This document shows, one piece after another, positions 40,534 to 53,710 of a stretch of 64,000 nt of DNA. The DNA lies in the NCBI GenBank assembly GCA_024704765.1, contig JAKMXF010000306.1, positions 295,604-359,603 of the forward strand, written 5' to 3'. The DNA comes from Oopsacas minuta (Eukaryota; Animalia; Porifera). The first letter of the stretch is position 1. Every line of letters starts with the position of its first letter. The notes beneath the pieces were generated by a model. That model saw only the letters and a list, made by a program, of their open reading frames with translations, had not been told where the DNA came from and made no database searches. The translations under genes and the position numbers were made by a program.

Positions 40534-41128
40534 TACGCTAATCCTGTTTTGGACTGTTGTATGACAGCTTTACTACCTCTAATATTTGTATCATGGATAC
40601 TCTATATCCATGACAGAATTGTTACCCTTTGATCAACACATAAATTCGTATCACTCAACTCTTAGTTCTTATTACACAGATAATAATGGTTTTCAATGGA
40701 TTCTTTGTTTCTGCCCCAGATTTACTTAATAGTAATATATATTCTACAATAATGTATGAATCTGATGAATTACATCAGATAAGTTAGACAATTCGTTCAC
40801 CATCCGGACATCCGGACACAACGAACTCAGTCTAATTTCTATATAGAAATACGTGAAAAACAATTCATACGAAAATGTAAATTGTATTGCTTATGCAAAG
40901 TTATGTAATATAACTCTAGAACAGAAACAAAGGAATCATTGAAAATGCATTATTTTTAGTGTGATAAGAACTAAGAGTTGAGTTTTACGAATTCATGTTA
41001 TGATCAAAGAGTAATAATTCTGTCATGTAAGGTAGTAACTCTGTCATGGATATAGAGTATCCATGGTTCCAGTAATAGAGGTAGTAAAACTTGTTAGTAG
41101 AAAATCTGTCATACAACAGGACTACGTG
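40534..41128. mobile_element. ~600-bp imperfect foldback element (MITE) with ~200-bp arms
   Basis: Left arm CTGTTGTATGACAG...CATGGATACTCTATATCCATGACAG...ACTCAACTCTTAGTTCTTAT recurs inverted at ~40920-41128. Confidence 0.7.
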
Positions 41129-43243
41129 CTGTAAGAATATTCTACAGTTCATCATAAAATTAATTTAGTTATGATAATTTATTGCGGAAAAAACGACACC
41201 ACATTCTATTATCGAGGAAATTTCAAATTATCTGGTGCAAGCCTGCTGAACACAATGATTTCGAGAAAACTATGTATAGTTGAGGAACATTTTCGGAAAA
41301 AGATTTGTTTAATATCCTCTGCCAGATCTCAAAAGTGTGGTGATTTGAGGGTAGTAATAAATATGAGCGAAAAATTTCTGCATTTATTTTCAAATGGGTC
41401 CTACTCGCAGTGATAATTCTCGGAATTTATTTGAGGTTATTTCTCAACTTTTTGGAAGATTGTTCTCGTGTAGTCCCCCTTGTCTGAAACCTTTTGGTTT
41501 ACAGTTAAAGGAATATTATACAGCCCATGTCAATACGATCAGAGACACTTATACATGAACTATACGCCAATTTTAATATTTGGCAAGAGTCGGGACAATT
41601 ATTCACTACTTGGTGTACTTGTATAATATCTTAATATTCCACTATACGTAATATTACAAAATCGTTAGTAAAATTAGGATTTGTATGTATAAAAGATTAT
41701 CCACCCAGCAATTGAAGGAGAAATTCAAACATCTTTTGTATACCCTAATTTACCGGTTCTAAAAGCACGATCTTGATTAATTTAAATGATAAGTTTCACT
41801 ATTAATCCGGTTACTATCTAAAAAATTGTTGTATTTTCAAGAAAACGCCGCTAGGTTAGCTGAGTCTTTCTTTACACCCATTGGCCATCTAAATGGCCTT
41901 ATAACACGACTTACCAGATCGCACCCCATATCTCCTAATTTTATTTTATTTTTACATAGAATTAAAATACATGATGCCATGCATGTTTTTGTAACAAACC
42001 GTAATTTTACATGGATAATAAACCTTAATCTTTTCAATCACTCTCCGATTTTGCCAAGTTATTGGCCTTAAAGTCATGCTGAATCTTAAATTTTTGATGG
42101 TCTAGTAACTACACATCATGTCAAACCACAGAAATTTATCACGTTGGGATGGCGTTTATCCAATTTCAATTTACTGGGAACTTTTATCTGAATCGCATGT
42201 ATGCTCAGTCATATTGCACAAATTCCTTGTGGTTAGAAATTGGACAATCACTATCCGAACGAGATGCATTTTTGTAATTTGTTATAATGTGTAGTAACCA
42301 GACAATCAAAATTTGAATTTTTGATCACTTAACATCCACAACTTGGCCAATTTGTGTGATCGCAATCTTAAAGATAGTTAAAGGACAAATGTTTTCAACC
42401 TGGATAAATGAAATACATGGCCTAATTAGGAAAATACTGGTAGATCCTTGAATCTTGAAATCATTTTGTAAATACTTCATGTACTTCAGGTTTCTTCACT
42501 TTTGCCATTTTGGCAGAAGTGACACAAATTTCGGTGGATCTTAACTCAACTGATAAATGTCCTGATTTTAGATGATTGCTATCTATAGATTCTACTTGTA
42601 AATATGACGTAAGACTTCACTTAATGTCAATACTTAATTGTTGATATGCGGGATCAAATATCCTATTTGCTCATTATCTTAATTTAATTGGTAGCACATA
42701 TAAATCCAAACAATTCAAGTAATTCACCACAGTTAATAATAAACGGAAAAAGGTTTTGATGTGGACAATTTTTTTCTCAAATATTTTGTAAATCTTAGCA
42801 CGTGATCAATTAATGACGAATTAGCATTTTGAAAAATATGTTGTGGTCGAATGCTTTTGTTCTTTAACTGGTATTATGTAACATGCATATTGATGGTTTG
42901 TTATGAATACATATGATTATTTATGCCTGTAAGGATTATGTGAAAAAAATACAAAGGTTATTTTTGATAAATAACAAATCACGTAGTACATATTTGAACA
43001 GTTTACACCAAGTTGTAGGCGACACGATCTATCTATAAGTGCCAAAGTAGACTCATCAAGTCGAGCAGCGTCAAACAAGGGTTCACTCGATGTGTTGAGA
43101 CACAATTTGGGATTCTTTCTTTCTAATTGTTATAAATATGATGTGGTCAATGAGAATATCCTTGTGACATATTAATTTCTGACATCTTTTCCTTGTATAT
43201 ATGCAGAATTGTATGCAATGATATCTTTATTTATATTCTTTAG

Positions 43244-44883
43244 AAATTGAATTCTCGAAACCTTCTTCAAAAACATTTTCCTCCAGCCATTTCTTTAATA
43301 CAACAGATTCAAAATTATGTAAATCTTATTATATTCCAAATTCAAATTTAGTTTCAGATAAAACCAAAATTAATGATCTAAATACTTGTTCAATGGATAT
43401 ACTTAGAGAAACCTTGGACATTGGCGCTGGAAATTGTAAAGAATTACAGAATAATCTCGTGAACATTGTTGGTCCCAATCTAAATGTTGTAAAAAATCAT
43501 AAATATCTTAACTTTTCTGAAGAATCTACAAAACCTTGTCCTACAATAAGTCCACTCTCAGTTAAAAAAGTTATGCCTACTGCTAATTCACAGTCTTCAG
43601 CCCCCAAAGTTGTAAAGAAAATTATTAACTCATCTTCCATGCTATATGCGAATGCATCTACAAAGCAATCTGGGAATACATCACCAAAGATCACCAGTAA
43701 TGCATCTACAAATATGTCTGGGAATGCAACTACGGAGCTATCTGGGCATCCATCTACCAAAGCTGGAAATGATTCTCCGATCGAGAATTTACGACTCATC
43801 GATTCTTGCCCAATAAACAGCGTGCCCAATTCAATTGTCCCGAAGGTTCTCAGTGTCCTAGATCAATATTCGCAAGATGAATGGTTCAGAGAATTATTCC
43901 CCCGCCACCAAACTACTCCCTTCAAAGGAGATATTTCAGGATACAATTGCATACAAGTTATTATTTCAGCCTGCACAAATATATTCAGTTGCAAAGTAAT
44001 TATCTGCACTCTAAGAGCTATTCTTCAAATAGTAAAACAACTCAGTTTTTCGATAGTTGAAAAGCAGAAATGTGGTAGACTTGTTATTCAAATGCTTTTT
44101 AATTCTCAATTATTTGATATGCCATTACCACAGGAAGAAAACTATATACTGACAATGCTGACAATTCTTAACGAATTATGTTCCCAAGATGATTATATGT
44201 ATATCTCACTGTTGTTAGTTGAGTATATTTTAGGAGAATTTGAAACGCGTAGTTATATCACAAAGGTTTTGCAAGGATATGGTTTTTTTGACTCGTTTCA
44301 TTACCTTTCTAAAGAATTCGACTCATGGGATATGAACCATATGCATGTTTCTAGGAAAAGGTTTTTGTTTGAACAAACAATCAAATGGCTGAAGAATATT
44401 TCAACAGGAAACTATTACCTAAAACCTTTTGAAAATTGTCCTACTTCGTCATCTTCGAAAAGTCTTCATGAATGTAGTTGTATTGAAGCTTTGAATTCAT
44501 TTGTTGTGTTTAAGAGAGAAGAAAATTTTGGGATGACTAAAGAAGTTGTTTCCGAGGACCATGTGCCTACTCCAATTCATGATGATAAATACTCTGATCA
44601 TAGAACAGTCTTTTCCCTTCCTAAGATATCTTATTCAGAAAAGGTAATTCGTATAGGAGAGACTTTTGTTTCTAAATGTCATGGTGAAAGAGAATCCACA
44701 TTGCTAAATTACCAAATGTTACCCAGACTCAACTTATTTCGGAAAAATCTTTCACGAAATCTATTTCTTCAAATCCCGGTTCACGACCAAAAAATTTCAT
44801 TGCCTCTTGATTGTGATCCAAATGGTCAAACACTCACTATTAAAAGGAAATACTTTGTATCATCCGAATCACAACTCTTGTAA
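43244..44883 (+). CDS. WDR97: Probable terminal exon of the WDR97-like gene (includes the 496-aa ORF 43393-44883)
   Basis: The frame is open upstream to the acceptor tttatattctttAG (43242-43) in phase 1. It is not TE-like. YYIPNS, VPNSIV, EWFRELFP and the terminal LPLDC...KRKYFV are recalled as resembling the WDR97 C-terminal half. Assignment is tentative. Confidence 0.6.
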
Positions 44884-45395
44884 TTCATTACTTCAAATTG
44901 ATTTCCTGAAATATGAATTAGGGAAATATGTTTTCAATATTGTATGTATTCGCTCTTGTATTCTAGAGCTGTATAATCTGACTTTTAGTATACTTTTCGA
45001 ATTATTCTTAGTTTAAAAGATCTGCCACACAATATCAACATATAATATCAGGGATATCATCAGTCTATTGCACATGTTCAGAAAAATTGACCAGTGATAT
45101 GTTAGCATATCAACTAATTAACTGGGTAACTATTTATTTATACTCTATGTGTTTTTGTCAGAATGGATGTAATACAAATTTTAGGATTATCAAGCGTAAT
45201 GCACTAAAATGTGTGTATAGTAGCCATTTATTTTGTAAAATATGCCAATCTTTGATGCTTTGAAATGGAAATATTACATCTTTCTTTTCAAAGTGAATAT
45301 ATGATATGATCTACATATATATATATTATACGAAATTTGCAAAATTGTAATACCTTTTTGACTCGTTATTGAGTGATAACAAAGTCGTGGATGAT

Positions 45396-45398
<3 letters not shown>

Positions 45399-45428
<30 letters not shown>
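45399..45428. repeat. (AT)15 microsatellite
   Basis: Read directly from the sequence. Confidence 0.9.
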
Positions 45429-45430
<2 letters not shown>

Positions 45431-46056
45431 AATTACAACTCCATATTCGTAAACATTTTAAACATGTCAACATAGACAATTTATCCAAAAACTATTTCTC
45501 ATGCCCTGATAATACATTTTGATGTGATTTCTCTCTTTTGATTTAAACTAAGGATGTGTTGCTTAAGGAATTTCACGTTTACGACATTAACCGAATACTT
45601 AGAGAAATTTGTCATTTTATGACGTCAAAAAGGGTGCTGAAATCTTGATTGGGCCCGGGAATAGGTTAATAGGATATATGTTAGAAGTGGAACTATTGTG
45701 TTCCTTATCGGTACGAATGTAACACTTCAGCGGTAATCAGTTAACTAATTCGGAGTATGAATTTAATTCAATTGTCTCGAAGTCTGACTTTTCAATCCTT
45801 ACAAATTTATTAACTAGTTTGTTTGTATTTCTTATTTCTAATCCAATGATGCTCGCAATGTAGTGCTGCTATGGAGATAGTTTTCACTAGGTTCCTCGCT
45901 TCGATGTACTCACAGGATTGGAATTCTTCGTTAATGCCTCACCCTTTGAAAGCAAGATTGTGATTGACTTAACAATTTTGGACTAGTTGATTATATTTGT
46001 AATTATATCCTTTATTCACTCTCAATTCATACCGACTCTGAGCCGCTGTACAGAAT

Positions 46057-46560
46057 TCAAAATATGTAAGTATTTCTAATGTATGTACAATCAAGGGAGA
46101 AGTTTATTGAGCTGTTTCTCATAATTTGCGATATTTTTCCCATTCTGAAAGTAATTGGTAACCCATTCCAAAGTTGAGGTACTACAATAGAGAAAGCCCA
46201 ATTGCCAAACAACATTTCGCTTGTCTTGGGTGTCATAGACAGGTTTCCAACTTCCATTTGATGTTGTGCCAGTTCTAAGAGGCCTACTTTGTTGTTGAAT
46301 ATGTATGAGTCCATTGAGATGAGGGGGACTCCGATTATTGATTATTTTAAACGTTAGCGTCAGTACTTTGAACTGAATCCATTTATAGTATATCTGTAAC
46401 CAATGGAACTCAACTAGTAGAGGTGTAATATGATCTCGCTTCTTTGCAAATGTAGTCTTTCGTTCGTTCGAATTTTTCTGAACGTTTTGAGCTCATTCAA
46501 GATATTATCCAGTAGGCCTACAAATGTTGCATTAGTGTTATTGTGAAGTGAACCAGTTTC
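46057..46560 (-). mobile_element. L2/CR1-group LINE 3' fragment
   Basis: KRDHITPLLVEFHWLQI...IQFKVLTLTFK and FGNWAFSIVVPQLWNGLP are typical of the post-RT tail of L2/CR1-type ORF2. Confidence 0.8.
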
Positions 46561-47488
46561 TTAGCTGTGTGTATATATGGATATTGTTTTATGCTTCCAA
46601 TGGGTGAATTTTAATCATCTCCAAGCTACAAATTCTATCGACATTTGGGTTCCATTATCTTATGGACATTTAGGACCACACAAAACTTCTTGAAGATTTA
46701 TTTGATAAAATAACATTTTCATCAAGTTCTGTAGTTGTAGATAGATAGATATACAGATAGATCACAAGACCCTCGAATACGCACTTAGCTAAATTATTAC
46801 CCAAATCTTTTCAAATATTTAAAGGACATTTTAAAAATGTAAGTACTATAAGTGAAAATAGTACAATTACACCCTATGCCGACAGCTTGTCTATTTTCTA
46901 AATGTTTATAGAGTGGTATTATTAATTGGAGGCACCATGAGAGGTCAGGCTTACTCTCATTACACATAGTGCCTCCAATTAATAGTGCCACTTTTTAACA
47001 TTGAATTAATAGACAATGCTGTCAGCACAGATGATATTTTATATTTTTTCTTCGCTTCGCTCGGGTTTCAAATCCAACAAACAATAAATTTACAATTTAC
47101 TATGATTATCCAGTTCACATAATTTTCAATTTGTGCGCAATGATTATCAGTTGAATAATAATATTAATAGAATAGAATACTGGAGAATATTCGATCGGTA
47201 CAAATTCGGAATCAGCTTATGGAATTACGCCCTTTTGCTGTTTGGACAATTCAATCTTTTAAATTATGCATAGTAATTTAAAAAATATTATATTCATAAA
47301 TATAATATAAATAATTTAGGCTCTCGTAATTTTGATATTCAATGAATCCATATTATCTACTACTAGAAGTACCTATTGTTTAACAAATATATATTTAACA
47401 TCTAAGAGCAATAGAAATAATACCGATGAAATAGTGCTATATAATTAATATTTTTCATTTACTTTGAGCAAAAACTGTAAGCAATATA

Positions 47489-48608
47489 CAAGGGTCGTTC
47501 AATAAATAATGACATTTTTTCGTAATTTATATAGTGAACCTATACTTATCATAATTGATTGTAAATGTTTCGATAAATTCCTCCTTTAACTTTATACCTC
47601 GTTTCCATCGTTCTGGTAACTTTTCATCTAGTGGTATAGAATCCTTTCAGGGTTCCTTTTTCCCGGCTCTTATTTCGTACTCCAGCCGTTTGAAGTCCTC
47701 AAATCTCTTCATCTCTCCAAACAGCCAGTAGTCGCTGGGAGCCAGGTTTGGACTATACCGGGATGAGGGAGGTATTCAAATCCTAAGTCGTAAATTGCAG
47801 CCATTGTCTTGGAGCTTACATGGGGCCTTGCGTTGTCATGTTGCAGCATACGCCAAGTGTAAACTTGCCTCGCCTCTCACGTTTAATCGCCTTGATGGGT
47901 ACAGGTTCATCACGGCCCTTCCACTGCTTCGATTGAGTTTTGCTCTTTGGTTCATAATAAGGAAACCAAGTTTCATCCCCCGTAACTAACGAGCCAAAAA
48001 GTCTTCCTCTGCCTTCTATTTTGGAAGTAATTCTTTGCTAACTCTGACCCTTTCGCGTTTTTGTTCTTTTGAAAGTTTTAGGACCCAACGCGCAGCTACC
48101 TTCGAAATTTCCAGATCTTCAGTGATAATCGAGTGTAGTGTGGCTTTTGATACACCTACCCTCTCTTCTAACTCTGGCAGGGTATTCGTCTGTCCTCATT
48201 GAAATTGTTTGGACCCTCTTGATATTACTGCGGGTTTATGAAGAAGTCGGACGACCTGGACGAGGGTCATCGTGGAGGTCATCATCGCCATTATCAAACC
48301 GTTCGATCCATCTATATATAGTGGCTTTCGAAGGACATTCATCACCAAAATATCCTGCATTTCACGAAGAATGTATGAGCCAGTCTTCCCCTTTTTCCAC
48401 AGCTACCCAATTATTTGTCGTTTCCTCTTTGCTAAAATCCGTTAGTTGAAAAAAGTAGCCTATACAAAGGAAACTTTATACTGAAGAATATTCTAGTAGA
48501 GTAAAGAGTATATTGTATTGCAGTTAGACAATCAAGTTGGGCTTGTAATCTGATTGATTAGAATATGAATTCGATATATAATTTTCATTACTTATTGAAC
48601 AACACTTG
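47489..48608 (-). mobile_element. Mariner element, same family as 13564-14870, with deletions
   Basis: TA|CAAGGGTCGTTCAATAAATAATGA and TTACTTATTGAACAACACTTG|TA; colinear homology with 13564-14870; 1120 bp. Confidence 0.92.
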
Positions 48609-48690
48609 TAAATATTCTAGAAGAGTACGAAGGTGTAAAATCATTTTCTCTTTCGAAAGGTGTGAAAACTTTAGCACCTTCTTATCATGA

Positions 48691-48921
48691 TTATTTGCTA
48701 TAGGCCAGAAAAAGTTTTAACTTTCTTGGAATAGTGGCACATGGTATCAGATTGAATAGCAGAGGGGAAAAGCACACCTGACGAATATCTTCAGGGTGAC
48801 TTTTAAAATAGACAGGCTCACTGATGGCAGATGTATTTTTTTTATTGCAAAATGAGATCTTGTGATGGGATGGAGCATGAAATAGGTTGTGCAATCTATG
48901 AGCTAGTAATATCGTTGACAT
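48691..48921 (-). mobile_element. Possible LINE RT remnant
   Basis: SEPVYFKS...IRQVCFSPLLFNL resembles the RT RQG..LSPLLFN motif; only this one motif. Confidence 0.35.
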
Positions 48922-49249
48922 GAAATTATCTTCGATAATCTCTCCTTCATTTATTTAGCATTTTGAAAAGGAGTAGGGACTAAGCGTCAGTGTAAGTCGG
49001 TCCAGGGAGAGTATGTTATTGTTCGTCTCTGAATTTTCTCAATTAGTGAGGTCTCTCTGGATGTGATTGATGTATGTCATACTGGGCAAGGAATTCGAAT
49101 ACAACTCGAATACCTGAGCAGTGGAGCGTTGGCAATTTCTGGGAATTCAATATGTATATTTAAAGTGCTTCCAGTAGTACTTCGAGGATTTGGAATAGAA
49201 AAATTCAGTGATTCTCCTCCTAGTTACCTTATAGTTTACGATCAAACTT

Positions 49250-50000
49250 AAGGCTCTAACAGTGGATATTCTTTACTTTCAATTGAGATGGGAGATATGA
49301 CAGTAGTAGGTTGTCTTCAGAAGGATAATAGGAATTTATATTTTCGCTAATTTTCTGATGAGGAACAAGAAACGCCTTATGTATGAATAGCTGTATCTTG
49401 CACGCACACCTACTGAACTCCAACTGTAAATGTAGAGTCATTCATATATTTGTCTGCAGAACGCTCCGGTGCCAAGTTGTTGATAATATTAACAAAAGAC
49501 AACGCAACTAACTAGGAGCCTCGGGGAAATGAACACTTAAGATGGATCCACTGTGGAAATTCATTCGAAATTCGTTCACTAGGTGTTTTGTGTGATAAAA
49601 TAGCAGCGATCTACCTTATTATACAGTTTGGAATTACTAGTTGTCTACCACTTCCCATTATGCAAGTTACGGTCTATATGATCAAAGACCTTGCGATAAT
49701 CTATGAGGACCACATGAGACGAATTCCCTTCTTGAACAGAGATGAGCCATTTGTAGGCTATGTGCACAAGTGACTAAGTGGCGGAAATTCCATTGAAAGC
49801 GCCAAATTGTTTAGGATATCTTTCTGAGATGATCTCAGGTGTCTATCTTCCATAAACGCGCTCAGGTTGCTTAGGCAAGGTGGCTATAATTGATATATGC
49901 CCGAGGTCTTCTCGATGGACCAGGGGTTAACTTAGGAATTGACGTTTAACGTTTGGGGTTATATAATTGAGGTAATACATCTTTTCTGGATAGAATTATC
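49250..50000 (-). mobile_element. Degenerate LINE reverse transcriptase (L2/Daphne/Crack-like)
   Basis: Ordered RT motifs with stops and frameshifts: IPK...DLGHISI, QFGAFNGISAT, VVLIDYRKVFDHID, FPRGS*L...INNL, KYMNDST (YxDD equivalent). Confidence 0.75.
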
Positions 50001-50812
50001 AATTTTCTCGCTTATAGATTTGCAAGCCAATAAGCAAGTTCCTTTGGGACCCATCTGGCATGGCAGCACGGCTTGTGGCTTTATTAACATTGATCTCCTC
50101 AGCATGTTCTAGACAGTGTTCAGAGATATTATTCGTACGAGGAATATGACACCCACTGGACTCAAGGCCAGGTCTACAGGGGTTAAACAATTGATGTCGT
50201 AATATAGAATGGACAAATACTACATATTCTTGCAATGAAGTAATGTGCTCCCTATTTTCCTATATAACCGCCATTGTTAGCAATACACAATTTAATCCTA
50301 TTTGGCATTGAAGCTATAAGATTGGCCAAAATATCCTCCGTCACCTGAGACCATCCCAGTTTGAGATTATTATTTAAACTTTTTCATTAGTTGCGAGGGG
50401 TATTGAAACCAGTTGACTTTAGAGTATTGCCTACAGATTTTTTATAGGATTCAAGTCCGGCGAATTCGTAGGCCATACTTCTTTAGACCAAAACCTTTAA
50501 AGTTCTTCAAACTTCCCTCTTGAATTCAATCGGGGAATGGGGGCCAACCCTGAAAATCTAATTCTTTCTGATTGCATAAAACTACGTAATACTAAAATCC
50601 TCTATGCAATTGGGGCATCAGTACTGAAATCAACTCAATTAATTTTATTTTCGCAATAACTATCGAATTTAACACAATATAAATGTTACGTAAATGAACA
50701 AGAAATCAATTCAATTCGCCTGTGAAGGTGAATATGTGCTACACTGAGCCTACACTAACATTGAGAGAAGAATTGGCTAATTTTGTCTGCTTCTGAAGCT
50801 TTTCTGCCACCT

Positions 50813-52290
50813 TTATGACTTCGTCAGTGTGTACTGCGCACCACTCAGCGTCGACCTGTTCCCCTGATCCTGAAAGAATATCTCCAGGTCGAGGAGAGCC
50901 TGGGTGGCAGCCCTTTCAGTAATGACGTGGACAGGCTCACAGTCTTTCATCACGACATGAGGTTCTTTATCAAGGACGGTTACATCGTTGGCCTGAGATG
51001 GCTCCAGCACTTCATTAATGATTTTTTCATGGTCTTCTACTAGAGGTGGATCAGCGATCTCAGCCTCAACACCCAAGAGGTCCACTTCATTAGTCCCTGG
51101 GTCATCAGGGGATTCCTCTGTTGGGATCAGTTCTTCGCCTGCCATGATAAACCCTGCCTTTATGAATACCTCTGAACAGTCTGGGAGCCGTTGAGAGAGT
51201 TCCAGCCCCTGCTCAACCATATACACACACGCACCAGATCCTACCCTGTGGTTGGGTGCCTCTCAGCGAACACTTGGTTGCACATGCGTTCGTGGAGAAA
51301 CTTCCTGCACGTCAACTTGAAAGCCTGGCCAATGCCCATGTCTATCGGACAGCAGATTGAGGTGCAATTAGCAGGGAGCTACTCGATGCGACTGTTAGAA
51401 AGGTCATCGTTAGAACAGCGGTCACCGCCTGCCACGTGCCACGTGCCCCGAAAAATTATCCAGGAACAACACGCAATCACTATTGGAATGTCGGAACTTT
51501 TCATTGACCCACACCAAAAATTGTGAAAATCTCAGAGGTCATCCGCCCCATTCTTTGAAGCACTCCAGGGGATACATGGAGGCAGATCTTCAAGTTCTGC
51601 TTAATGGCGGAGAAGGCACGGGGATACAGGTATTGGTTGATCACCTCCATTGCCAAAGTGTACCGTCCATCGCAGCTGTGAAAGTACAGTGATACGTCTC
51701 TTAGATATTCTCGCGCCAGCCTTGTCTGCATCTTCCATTATCAAGGTCTTCCTCCCAGCTTGGTCCCAATAGAGCTGATTTCATCCGCGTTCAGCACTTG
51801 AGACGGCTGGTACTGCGAGAGTATCTCAGGCAGGGTGGTCCTCGGCATGCCCCTTAGGGGCGGATGCACGTCCCCCAGACAGCACTCGAGAGACAATATG
51901 GTGACTTACCCTAAAAGCCTCTAAACAGCCGTTCGAAGCCTTGAACCCTTCCTGCCCAACGATATCTTTGGCAATGAGGAGAGCCATAGCTTATAAAATT
52001 GGTCCTGTTACGATGCAATTTTTCTCCCTGTAGGTGAATAAACTGCAGCAATTTGTTCTTGATCTCATCAAGTGTGTTTTCTTCTTCTCGATACACTTCC
52101 TCTTCTTGTCCATACACTCGATGTCCAAGTCTAGCCACTGCTGACGCTTCTCGCTGATGCGCTCGACAGTACCCTTGGAGGTTTCGTACTTCAGCAATAG
52201 GCTCGCATGCGTAGCACCACCCTGCAATTCCTTCGCCACTGCCACCTTATACAGAACAGAGATATCGTTCCTAGCCTTCTTCATGGGCAA
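50813..52290 (-). mobile_element. pogo/Tigger (CENP-B-like) transposase pseudogene
   Basis: N-terminal KVAVAKELQGG...TSKGTVERI HTH; YQPSQVLNADE; LPANCTSICCPIDMGIGQAFK (DDE_1-type motif); multiple frameshifts; TIRs not resolved. Confidence 0.8.
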
Positions 52291-53710
52291 AATGTAGCGT
52301 AGAAATTCATATTCTATTATGCGAGTGACAGTAAAATCTTTAAAAAGTGAACACCTTTGGAACCAGCAAAATTTTCACTTAAGAGAGGTGTTCAGGATTC
52401 GCAATATGTAGCAGAATGAAATATTTTAACGTTCAGTGTGACTACAATACGAAACAATAGTATGACATAATTTGAACCACATAAATACGGAAAATGGTGA
52501 TTTTGAAACAATATCACACTGAAATCCACAATTGGGGCGTCAGAATTTTTCCCAGTATCCCGCATGCCCCGATTCTAGAGGTTTTATTGTATTGCGAAGA
52601 GCTGGCTAGATACTCAACAAATCAGCTATCCTATCAGTTATTCTCAGAAGGTCACTACAACAAGGGTATCAGGGACTTACGATCATAGATATTTCGGTCC
52701 CTAATTTAAATCGTCTCCGAGGATCTAGATTTTCGTTTTCGTACTGCCCTGTATTATTTTTATTTATCAGTAATTAAACTAGATTCCTCTCTATAGCAAA
52801 GAATCTGGGATTTACATGCAATTGCATATTTGTTTCTTCATACATTTTCCGGTAAAGGAATAGTTAGGAAAGCATCAGTTCGGTGGTATGAGAATCAAGT
52901 ATCATGGAAAATTAACATTTTCACGTATTGAAGGGCTTGCTCATATATTAGATAGTATCACTCAAAATATACATGGTAGCAGATCATGAAATGATTATCG
53001 CCAATACATATCGAATGAATAGATAATTACATCATATAATCGGAACATCCACCTATAGTATTCATAATATTGATCTCTATTTCGAATGATGGATCACCAA
53101 TCAGAGGATAGTAAATTGGATTGTGTTCGGATCAACCATCTTAATATTCTCCGAATAGAGAATTGGAACCTGGAGGGCAGATCATTATTTCAGCCTGTAT
53201 GGGGATCTAGATCCATTAATTTAGGATCGGCTATTACCCTAGACTTAACCTATGAGCGACGTGATGAATATAGATCACATCAAGCATGTATAATGTCTGA
53301 AATCAATAAGACGATGATAAATATATGCAGCTCCGTTATGAATTATAGATGCTGTATTATCAATGTCAGCATTCTGTATATCATGCTAAGTGTAATTAAC
53401 ATCTTGAGGACCTAGATATTTAGAAGGGTTTCTACGATTAGACATACTAACTTTCTATATTTAGTTGAGCAAGGAAGTTGCCTCGAATATATCGCTAAAT
53501 TAATTATCTCGATTTCCACATAAAGTTATATACCGTTTACCACAAGCGATGATGCAATTAATAATAATACATCCAGTCACAACATACTATACACAAGGCC
53601 TTACAGTAAGAATTGAAATTTGGACCAGGGATCAGCAGTGAAATGTAGAAGAATGGCCCTGTACAAGTTTTATATAGTGTTGTCCATCATTTTATCAATC
53701 TAATACTAAG

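Noticed and set aside
9663-43243. Antisense bias of TEs in the putative intron
   Set aside because: 6 of 9 oriented elements are antisense; too few to be meaningful.
52329-52400. pogo-type terminus CAGTAAAATCTTTAAAAAGTGAACACC as the TIR of the adjacent pogo gene
   Set aside because: It faces away from the gene and has no partner; probably a fragment of a separate MITE.
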